This document shows positions 1 through 5,358 of a DNA stretch of 6,658 nt, piece by piece (the first letter of the stretch is position 1; the number at the start of each line of letters is the position of its first letter). Origin of the DNA: an uncultured Erysipelotrichaceae bacterium (GTDB lineage: Bacteria > Bacillota_I > Bacilli_A > Erysipelotrichales > Erysipelotrichaceae); NCBI GenBank assembly GCA_964457525.1, contig CAYWGS010000081.1, positions 1-6,658 on the forward strand, written 5' to 3'. The position numbers and the translations under genes are program-made. Below the pieces are notes generated by a model. That model searched no databases and was not told the origin of the DNA. It was given only the letters and a program-made list of their open reading frames with translations.

Positions 1-565
1 CTCCAGTACCGAACGATTTGTTTAAGGTTTCTTGAAGATTAGATAATATTTCTTCATTACTTGTACCACTCAATTGAATCGCACGCGTAACCCCATCAAG
101 ACTCACATTTATGCTTGAATCACTCGTAATTTTACTTGGGTCAATCGTTAACTTTATGGAAGATGTTACTGAGTTTTGACTAATAACTTGTGAACCTGTC
201 GCAAGTTGTTTGATATAGTCAATCGTTAATTCACTTGATCTACTTTGATTGGACGAAGCTATTACACTGTCTGAACTCGAAGTAACTGTTTGACTTGAAA
301 AAAATGATTTTGATAATAAGTTTGTTTTAGGATTCAAATTATCGAAGTACTTTCTTTGCAAGTTCTGAATATTTGAAATCACATCACGATATATTTCTTG
401 TTTCCACAGAGTTTGTTGTTTCAAACCAAGTTGTTTATCAATCTTTGTTTGTGTCTTTGCCAACATGCCTTCGATTACAGATTCTGAATCAATGCCTGTT
501 GATAAACCTAGAATACCTGAAGATCTATAGGATCTTGAGTTATTGCTATTATTAATGGATACCAT
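1..565 (-). CDS. fliD: Flagellar filament cap protein FliD (hook-associated protein 2), N-terminal 188 codons; the 3' end runs off the left edge of the window
   Basis: Not on the ORF track (no in-window stop). Manual translation from ATG 565..563 is open to position 1: MVSINNSNNSRSYRSSGILGLSTGIDSESVIEGMLAKTQTKIDKQLGLKQQTLWKQEIYRDVISNIQNLQRKYFDNLNPKTNLLSKSFFSSQTVTSSSDSVIASSNQSRSSELTIDYIKQLATGSQVISQ... The GLxxGIDxxxxIxxxM segment followed by W(K/R)Q..YR and then (T/K)SSSD..(I/V)A...(I/V)..LA.G is the typical FliD N-terminal pattern. A perfect AGGAGG SD lies at 575..570. The position after csrA and a chaperone-like gene fits late flagellar loci. Confidence 0.85.
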   Translation of the reverse strand, partial: MVSINNSNNSRSYRSSGILGLSTGIDSESVIEGMLAKTQTKIDKQLGLKQQTLWKQEIYRDVISNIQNLQRKYFDNLNPKTNLLSKSFFSSQTVTSSSDSVIASSNQSRSSELTIDYIKQLATGSQVISQNSVTSSIKLTIDPSKITSDSSINVSLDGVTRAIQLSGTSNEEILSNLQETLNKSFGTG

Positions 566-577
566 AGGTCCTCCTAT
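564..577 (-). promoter_or_regulatory. Small hairpin presenting AGGA in its loop and covering the fliD SD and start codon (candidate CsrA-type binding site or translational control element)
   Basis: The minus strand reads ATAGG-AGGA-CCTAT-G. ATAGG (577..573) is the exact reverse complement of CCTAT (568..564), and the loop is AGGA (572..569). The SD AGGAGG (575..570) and the AT of the ATG (565..563) lie inside the structure. The stem is only 5 bp, and GGA is part of any strong SD, so this may be coincidence. Confidence 0.25.
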
Positions 578-1047
578 ATTTTTTTTGAATTAAACTTTAA
601 TGCAGATAAATCATTGATTTCAGTCTCGTAGGTATCAAAGTACTTCTTTATCTTTGATAGATTCGTCACCTGAGTAAGACTTTCTTGTAGATCTTTCTGA
701 TATTGATTAAATTGATTGTGGATTGTATTTTCAAGTGACTGAATCGTTAGAAGAGCTTCATAAATTTCTTCAAAACAATCACGAATCTCAAGTAAACCTG
801 GCTGAATATCATTACGACTTGTTTTGATATCTAAACACTTTAAATATTCTTCTTTTACAAGAGAATCTTCTAGCCAAGCGCTAATCATTAAATCAATCGC
901 ATCGATCTTAATAATGATTTCTTGTCTTAGATCAAAAATCGAATTAAGTTCTTCAATATCACTATTCAAAATTTGATGACTGAGTGATTCATACTCATCT
1001 AATTTTCCCTTCTTATCTCTAAGAAGTTGATATAAACTCTTATTCAT
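574..1047 (-). CDS. Hypothetical 157-aa predicted all-helical protein between csrA and fliD; possibly a FliT/FlgN/FliS-like flagellar export chaperone (weak assignment)
   Basis: The 474-nt ORF is intact in AT-rich DNA and fits exactly between csrA and fliD. Its ATG (1047..1045) overlaps the csrA stop (ATGAATAA, 8-nt overlap), and its TAG stop (576..574) lies inside the fliD SD. The composition is heptad-like and rich in E/L/I/K/Q, with no FliS (N-terminal Y..Y...v.TASP) or FlaG signature. The layout loosely recalls Bacillus FliT: (D/E)xxI..L...R(Q)xxI..I early, then a K-rich ...Y..Y tail. Confidence 0.7.
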   Translation of the reverse strand: MNKSLYQLLRDKKGKLDEYESLSHQILNSDIEELNSIFDLRQEIIIKIDAIDLMISAWLEDSLVKEEYLKCLDIKTSRNDIQPGLLEIRDCFEEIYEALLTIQSLENTIHNQFNQYQKDLQESLTQVTNLSKIKKYFDTYETEINDLSALKFNSKKI

Positions 1048-1279
1048 TTTCTTTTTTCAACCGATTAAAGAATGTTTTAATCTCTTTCTGATCAAGTTGT
1101 TTTAATGCATTTTGGTTTTCAGACTTGATAGTATCAACTAACTCTTTACGTAATACTTTTACTTCTTTTGGCGCAACAATCGCTATTTTAACGCTGTCTT
1201 TGCCTATTTCCTGAACAATAATTTCGATTCCTCCATCAATAATAATGGATTCTTTTTCTTTTCTCGCGAGTACTAACAT
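1040..1279 (-). CDS. csrA: Carbon storage regulator / translational repressor CsrA (flagellar FliW-partnered type, with C-terminal extension)
   Basis: MLVLARKEKESIIIDGGIEIIVQEIGKDSVKIAIVAPKEVKVLRKEL... matches the CsrA signature MLVL(S/T)RK..ESI.I...I.I.V..I.G..V.(L/I)(G/A)I.APK.V.(I/V).R.E(I/L). At 79 aa it is the long Gram-positive form. It lies immediately downstream of fliW, as in B. subtilis. Confidence 0.95.
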   Translation of the reverse strand: MLVLARKEKESIIIDGGIEIIVQEIGKDSVKIAIVAPKEVKVLRKELVDTIKSENQNALKQLDQKEIKTFFNRLKKENE

Positions 1280-1282
1280 GTC

Positions 1283-1702
1283 TTATACCATCCTAGCCTT
1301 AAACGGTAAGTCTTGGTTTAAGATGAGTTGTGCTCCTTGATTATTCTTAGAGTTTAATAGAATAGGACTCTTAAGATTAAGTGTAGACTCTTCAAATGTA
1401 TCGCCTAAACTAACGATACATAATAGATCTACTTCTTCTAATTTATTAGCTTGAACAGTATTTAAATCACCCGAACTTAATTCAATGTCTAGATTTGGCA
1501 CAAATCGTGTTGGATTCGCTAAGACAAAACAAACATCTTTCTCTTCAATCGATTGAAACCATACTAAATCCGTTCCAATTTCTTCATCTGAAATAAGTGT
1601 ATATCGTTTGGATGATTCAAATCCATAGACAGGTTGAATCATATCGATAATTGTTTCTGGCATAATTTCAATTAAACCAAAATATTTGCTTTGTATTTGC
1701 AT
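1283..1702 (-). CDS. fliW: Flagellar assembly factor FliW (CsrA antagonist)
   Basis: MQIQSKYFGLIEIMPETIIDMIQPVYGFESSKRYTLI...LVWFQSIEEKDVCFVLANP...LNLKSPILLNSKNNQGAQLIL fits the FliW pattern M.I.(T/S)..FG.I.I....I..F..G(I/L).GFE...(F/Y).L(I/L)...W(L/F)QS.....F.(V/L).(N/D)P...NL.(A/S)P(I/L).(I/L)N....G.Q.(I/L)L. The ORF track starts at GTG 1708. I prefer ATG 1702 (139 aa) because GAGGGTG at 1714..1708 is then 5 nt upstream, whereas the GTG would have no spacer. Confidence 0.9.
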   Translation of the reverse strand: MQIQSKYFGLIEIMPETIIDMIQPVYGFESSKRYTLISDEEIGTDLVWFQSIEEKDVCFVLANPTRFVPNLDIELSSGDLNTVQANKLEEVDLLCIVSLGDTFEESTLNLKSPILLNSKNNQGAQLILNQDLPFKARMV

Positions 1703-1711
1703 AATCACCCT

Positions 1712-2158
1712 CTATTTTTCTTTATTAGGATTCGCACTTTCAGGAATGTAAATGGGATCTCCAACATACTCAAACTTTATTTCACTGTATTGACTCACCA
1801 CAAAATCTAAATTACTTGGTTCATACTTCATTTCAGGTTTAATCATCGGTTGAATCTTAGCACTTTGACTTGTTTGTGGCAAAAAGGTCATATTTTGTGA
1901 TGTTTCATCGATCATTTTCTCTTGTATAACAGTATTAATATTATTCTTCACTTCATTCAGTTTAATATTCTTTGGTAGAACACTTGTCGCATTAATTCGT
2001 TTTGAATGACTTACATTGAACTGAACTTTCTTTGTATTAATCGTTGGATTTTTTATCTTCTGAACTTGGTTTTTGGGTTCAACCTTGACATACTTCCCTT
2101 TTTCAACTTGTACCGATATTTTAATCGGTTTCGTCGTTATTTTTAATAGATTACTCAT
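1712..2158 (-). CDS. Conserved-position hypothetical protein, 148 aa, in the yviE slot between flgL and fliW (possibly YviE/DUF6470-like)
   Basis: The ORF is intact. Its ATG is 1 nt after the flgL stop (TAG T ATG), and its stop is 9 nt before the fliW ATG. The protein is K/N/Q-rich. The N-terminal L.I.T.P.KI.V and the C-terminal KYEPSNLDFVVSQYSEIKFEYVGDPIYIP resemble, from memory, the ends of YviE-family proteins. B. subtilis has yviE in exactly this position. I could not verify homology. Confidence 0.7.
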   Translation of the reverse strand: MSNLLKITTKPIKISVQVEKGKYVKVEPKNQVQKIKNPTINTKKVQFNVSHSKRINATSVLPKNIKLNEVKNNINTVIQEKMIDETSQNMTFLPQTSQSAKIQPMIKPEMKYEPSNLDFVVSQYSEIKFEYVGDPIYIPESANPNKEK

Positions 2159-2159
2159 A

Positions 2160-3131
2160 CTATCTCATAAAATCAAAAATGGATAGAGGAAGTACTTTTG
2201 AACCAAGTTGTAAACTAATTTGATACGCCATATCATACGATTTATTGATTATAGTTTCTTCTTCATAATCAATTGATTCAAGATGATTCTGTTGTTCAGT
2301 TAGATTTAATTTTTCATTTTCCAAACGATTGATGGTATTTTCCAAATAAGCATAACGTGTTCCAATATCAGTTACTTGTATCAGTAAACGATCATTCGAT
2401 TCTTTAAGTTGATTCTGATAATTGGATAATTGACTAACATCGCCTGATTTTAGATCTTTGACTGCTTTATTTAGCATTGATACAAGATTATTTGGGATGC
2501 CTTGACTATTCTTGCCGTATCCCAGTAATTGAATCGCAGAAGTGTTTAATTTAACAACACTACTTTCATCTAATTGATCATTGTTAAATTTCATCCCAAT
2601 CCCAACATCAATAAAGATGGAATCATCCTTTAAATCAGTATCCAATATTTCATCGACATTCACTCCGTTGAACAATACAGTCCCGTTGTTTTGTACACTG
2701 ATGGGTGCTTCGTTGTTTAATCCAGAGAATGTATAGCGATCACTGGTTTTTACATTAACTAATTGAACGATACTATTATTAATTTCTTCTAATTCATTCG
2801 CAATAATGGTTAAGTCAGAATCGCTATTAAGACCACTTCCTGCTTTGACGAGTAATCCTTTTACATCAATCAGAATCTGATTCATTTGCATTGCACTGGA
2901 TTCTTGTGCACTAATCTCATTCTGAATACTTTGTATATTCCGAGTGAATTGTTCGTTATTAAGCAGTTGATTGCGAACTTTAAGGGCTTTTTGTGCATCC
3001 GTAACGGAATCACTTACACGATTGATGCGTTTACCTGAACTTAATCGTTCATTTGATTTCGCTAATTGATTGATATTTCGATTCAAACCCGATAAATACG
3101 CACGAGTTAAATTCTTTTGTGTTATTCGCAT
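2160..3131 (-). CDS. flgL: Flagellar hook-filament junction protein FlgL (hook-associated protein 3)
   Basis: N-terminus MRITQKNLTRAYLSGLNRNINQLAKSNERLSSGKRINRVSDSVTDAQKALKVRNQL has the flagellin-N type pattern: MR(I/V)T...ql.sGk.i...sD.......l.(L/V)R. C-terminus ...HLESIDYEEETIINKSYDMAYQISLQLGSKVLPLSIFDFMR has the flagellin-C type pattern: (I/V)D..E....L.....AYQA(S/A)L....(I/V)...S(L/I)FD(F/Y). SD GAGGT lies 5 nt upstream of the ATG. It follows flgK. Confidence 0.92.
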   Translation of the reverse strand: MRITQKNLTRAYLSGLNRNINQLAKSNERLSSGKRINRVSDSVTDAQKALKVRNQLLNNEQFTRNIQSIQNEISAQESSAMQMNQILIDVKGLLVKAGSGLNSDSDLTIIANELEEINNSIVQLVNVKTSDRYTFSGLNNEAPISVQNNGTVLFNGVNVDEILDTDLKDDSIFIDVGIGMKFNNDQLDESSVVKLNTSAIQLLGYGKNSQGIPNNLVSMLNKAVKDLKSGDVSQLSNYQNQLKESNDRLLIQVTDIGTRYAYLENTINRLENEKLNLTEQQNHLESIDYEEETIINKSYDMAYQISLQLGSKVLPLSIFDFMR

Positions 3132-3139
3132 ATTAACCT

Positions 3140-4573
3140 CTATCGACCAACAAGTCCGGTCTTGTTAATAATGACATCTAGGAACTCATCCATCGCAGTC
3201 ATTAATCGTGATACCGCCTTATAAGCCTTATCATATAACATTAGATTCGCTCCTTCTTCATCCAAAGAAACTGAACTAACTGAATCCCTTCTATTCTGAA
3301 TATCTTCAGTAATTGCGGCACTAACTTCATAGCGTGATTCATAGTAACTCTTGTCTTGACCAAGCGTAGTCACATAACTTGTCACAAAGTCGGATAAACT
3401 ACCCACATAGGTTCCTAAGGTATTTTTACCTTCAAGTTTTGCGATGATATTTAGAATTGGTGTATTATCTAAACTTCCATTATTCTTTAAATTATCAATA
3501 AGATAAGATGCTTTATTCACCCAATCTTGGCTGATTGTGATACTGTGTGCAGGATTATTACTATCCATTTCGATTAAGACTTTCTGTGTTCCATCTGTTT
3601 CTGTAAATGAAGTATTTAGAATCTCCGCAAATCGTGATGCGAGTAAGTCAAGTTGTTTCTGATAGTAAGGAATTCCATTGATTGAACCCCCATCACTGTT
3701 TAAGAAGTCTAAACTAGCTTTCAAAGTTCCAGATTCAAGAATGACGCTGTCCCCAGTAGACTGCCAAGTGATGGTACTCGATCCATCTTGCGTAAAATGT
3801 AGATTGAGTTGTTCCGTAAATTGATCCGCAATGATTTTATGTTCATTGAAGGACACATCAATTGATCCATCATTATTATCTTGAGTACTGATATTCCCAT
3901 ATTGAGACAACTCATCAAGTAATAAGTTTCTTTTGTCTAATAATTCATTCACATTACTTGTATCATGTTCAGAGGTAACTTGTCCCAACTCATTCTTGAT
4001 TGCAGTATTGAGTTCACTTACCTTCTTAATTAATGTGTTCGCATTCTCAACATCAATCGTTAAATCTGTATTGTATTGTCCTTTGACTTGATCCAGCTGA
4101 CTCGAATAATGTCTTAAGATTTGAGTCATACTCTTCGCATTTGATAAGACAATATTGGCATTTGTTACTTGATCTGGATAAACACTTAAATCTTGTAAAG
4201 CACTCTTAAACCCACTTAAGATGGGTTGTATCCCACTATCAAACTCATTGAGTACAGTTTCTACCCCATCAAGGATTGCTAATGTCTTATCGTAATAAGC
4301 TGTTTCACTCATCTCAGATCTAAATCTTAGATCAAGTTGTTTATCTCTAATTTGACTAACTCCATTTACGAGTACACCTTGTCCTACTGTACTTGTACCA
4401 ATCACTTTAATATTACTGTGCGTAATGGATGAGACACTGACCGTATCGATTCTTTGTCTTGTATAACCTTCTGTGTTGACATTGGTGATATTTTGACCCG
4501 TCACATCCAATCCTTTTTGGTTCGCCACAAGACCTTTACGTGCGGTTTCAAACCCTAAGAATGTTGATCTCAT
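3140..4573 (-). CDS. flgK: Flagellar hook-associated protein 1 FlgK
   Basis: N-terminus MRSTFLGFETARKGLVANQKGLDVTGQNITNVNTEGYTRQR carries the rod/hook N-terminal motif ...(N)I(A/T)N.NT.GY.RQ. C-terminus SVSSVSLDEEGANLMLYDKAYKAVSRLMTAMDEFLDVIINKTG is the FlgK C-terminal pattern (GVSLDEE..N(L/M)..Y..AY.A..R). Its ATG shares one base with the flgN stop (TAATG). SD AAAGGGA lies 7 nt upstream. Confidence 0.95.
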   Translation of the reverse strand: MRSTFLGFETARKGLVANQKGLDVTGQNITNVNTEGYTRQRIDTVSVSSITHSNIKVIGTSTVGQGVLVNGVSQIRDKQLDLRFRSEMSETAYYDKTLAILDGVETVLNEFDSGIQPILSGFKSALQDLSVYPDQVTNANIVLSNAKSMTQILRHYSSQLDQVKGQYNTDLTIDVENANTLIKKVSELNTAIKNELGQVTSEHDTSNVNELLDKRNLLLDELSQYGNISTQDNNDGSIDVSFNEHKIIADQFTEQLNLHFTQDGSSTITWQSTGDSVILESGTLKASLDFLNSDGGSINGIPYYQKQLDLLASRFAEILNTSFTETDGTQKVLIEMDSNNPAHSITISQDWVNKASYLIDNLKNNGSLDNTPILNIIAKLEGKNTLGTYVGSLSDFVTSYVTTLGQDKSYYESRYEVSAAITEDIQNRRDSVSSVSLDEEGANLMLYDKAYKAVSRLMTAMDEFLDVIINKTGLVGR

Positions 4574-4986
4574 TAGCGTGTCCCTTTCATATCATACGAA
4601 TCCATATTCTGATTCCGTTGTTCACTCATGGATAAATTGAATCGAATCAGTTCTAAACTCTTCTTATTAAAATGCTTAATTAGTTTCAATGCTTGATCAA
4701 TTCGTGTGTAATACGTTTGTAAAATTGATGTTTCACTTGAGAACATATGAATCACATCTTTCAAAGATACATTCTCATAACCCAAATCTTTAAATAATTT
4801 AATGCGTCGATTTTCCATATTCTCAATACGTTTCGCATTGACTTGTTGAGTTAGGATATTCTCTTCAATTGCTTTTAAATCATTCGATAGTAAAATATTA
4901 AGCTTTGTTTTTTCTGCTTCAACCATCTCTTCAAAAAACAGTGTATATTCCTCTAAAAACGTTTGGATTTGTATCAAATTACTCAT
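4573..4986 (-). CDS. flgN: FlgN-family flagellar export chaperone (YvyG-like; chaperone for FlgK/FlgL)
   Basis: Small helical protein between flgM and flgK, as in B. subtilis yvyG. The pattern L..E..L...(L/M)...E..K...L...D...(I/L)E.....Q......(I/L)E..R and then (L/F)...LG......L.(D/E)(L/V)I fits Firmicute FlgN. The ORF track starts at GTG 4995. I prefer ATG 4986 (137 aa), which has AAGGGTGG 5 nt upstream and overlaps the flgM stop (ATGAGTAA). Confidence 0.7.
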   Translation of the reverse strand: MSNLIQIQTFLEEYTLFFEEMVEAEKTKLNILLSNDLKAIEENILTQQVNAKRIENMENRRIKLFKDLGYENVSLKDVIHMFSSETSILQTYYTRIDQALKLIKHFNKKSLELIRFNLSMSEQRNQNMDSYDMKGTR

Positions 4987-5284
4987 CTTTTCCACCCTTT
5001 AGAATTTCACTGTAGGCAAGAATTGCTTCCGCAACTTCACGATGCTTAACTTGATATTGTCCACTGTTAATAAGTGCTTTGAGTTCACTTACTTTTTGAC
5101 TTGTTTCTTCTTCTAATGTACCGACAAGTTCTGATTTGATTTTACTAATGGAAAGTTCTTGTTTCGCTTGAGCACTTACTTCAATTTTGTCTGTATTTTC
5201 CCCAATTTTGTTTCCTCTTATTGGGTTAGTTTGTTTATTTTGGCTTGGATAAATCGGATTGATTTTGTTTGGATTGATTTTCAT
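4979..5284 (-). CDS. flgM: Anti-sigma-28 factor FlgM
   Basis: The 101-aa protein has a low-complexity, probably disordered N-terminal half. The C-terminal KVSELKALINSGQYQVKHREVAEAIL matches the FlgM signature K(V/I)..(I/L)K..I..G.Y.V....(V/I)A..(I/L/M)L. DKIEVS corresponds to the usual d.v.lS segment. It sits first in the flgM-flgN-flgK-flgL order. SD GAAAGGG at 5297..5291 is 6 nt from the ATG. Confidence 0.82.
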   Translation of the reverse strand: MKINPNKINPIYPSQNKQTNPIRGNKIGENTDKIEVSAQAKQELSISKIKSELVGTLEEETSQKVSELKALINSGQYQVKHREVAEAILAYSEILKGGKDE

Positions 5285-5299
5285 AATAAGCCCTTTCTG

Positions 5300-5348
5300 A
5301 AAAATAAAAGTTCTTCATATTATATATCGAATATATTTTGAAGAACTT
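5300..5348 (-). terminator. Putative rho-independent terminator closing the parA-like/comFB/pilZ unit (could alternatively be an operator palindrome)
   Basis: On the minus strand, AAGTTCTTCA (5348..5339) and TGAAGAACTT (5317..5308) are perfect 10-nt inverted repeats. The 21-nt interval can extend the stem by 5 more A-U pairs (TATAT/ATATA). The hairpin is followed directly by TTATTTTT (5307..5300). It begins 11 nt after the pilZ TAA stop. The stem has only 3 G-C pairs, so its strength is uncertain without a folding calculation. Confidence 0.4.
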
Positions 5349-5350
5349 AA
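5319..5350 (-). promoter_or_regulatory. Candidate sigma-28 (SigD/FliA)-type promoter for the flgM operon, overlapping a perfect TATAAT hexamer
   Basis: The minus strand reads TTAA(5350..5347)-N15-TTCGATAT(5331..5324), against the B. subtilis SigD consensus TAAA-N15-GCCGATAT. That is 3/4 and 6/8 matches, with the conserved CGATAT core intact. In E. coli form it reads TTAAGTTC-N11-TTCGATAT against TAAAGTTT-N11-GCCGATAA. A perfect sigma-A -10 hexamer TATAAT sits at 5324..5319 but has no convincing -35. The location 40-65 nt upstream of flgM fits the known sigma-28 dependence of flgM operons. Confidence 0.45.
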
Positions 5351-5358
5351 GTTTTTTT

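Noticed and set aside
373-555. 60-aa plus-strand ORF
   Set aside because: It lies entirely antisense to the well-supported fliD coding region. It has no SD or family resemblance and a low-complexity hydrophobic translation, which is typical of a shadow ORF in AT-rich DNA.
579-586. A8 tract five codons before the orf157 stop; by my reading an A8-to-A9 insertion would fuse orf157 in frame to fliD (…NSKKNIGGP-MVSINN…)
   Set aside because: It is a curious possibility, but A8 runs are common in AT-rich genomes. There is no evidence of heterogeneity in a single sequence, and a chaperone-cap fusion has no obvious function. Deep-read length polymorphism at this tract would be needed to revive the idea.
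1289-1300. AAGGCUAGGAUGG upstream of csrA, resembling a CsrA GGA binding motif (possible autoregulation)
   Set aside because: This segment is also the only plausible Shine-Dalgarno region for csrA and encodes the FliW C-terminus (KARMV). I could find no convincing hairpin presenting the GGA, so it cannot be distinguished from an ordinary SD by sequence alone.
1745-1773. Sigma-A-like promoter TTGAGT-N17-TACATT inside the 3' end of orf148, upstream of fliW
   Set aside because: Each hexamer matches only 4/6, and the site lies in AT-rich coding DNA where such matches arise by chance. B. subtilis does have internal promoter activity ahead of fliW-csrA, but this match is too weak to call.
3721-3918. 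65-aa minus-strand ORF inside flgK in another frame
   Set aside because: It is fully nested within the flgK reading frame, which has unambiguous N- and C-terminal FlgK signatures. The alternative frame is Met/Leu/Ser-rich with no SD and is most likely a chance ORF.
5256-5281. Direct repeat AAAATCAATCC twice, 15 nt apart, at the 5' end of flgM (encodes KINPN-KINPI)
   Set aside because: It is most simply a small in-frame tandem duplication in the disordered, poorly conserved N-terminus of FlgM. It has no GGA or other regulatory motif and no hairpin potential.
5159-5341. 60-aa plus-strand ORF spanning the flgM 5' end and the intergenic region
   Set aside because: It is antisense to flgM and to the promoter/terminator region. 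The translation is F/I/Y/N-rich with no recognisable SD or motif, so it is a shadow ORF.
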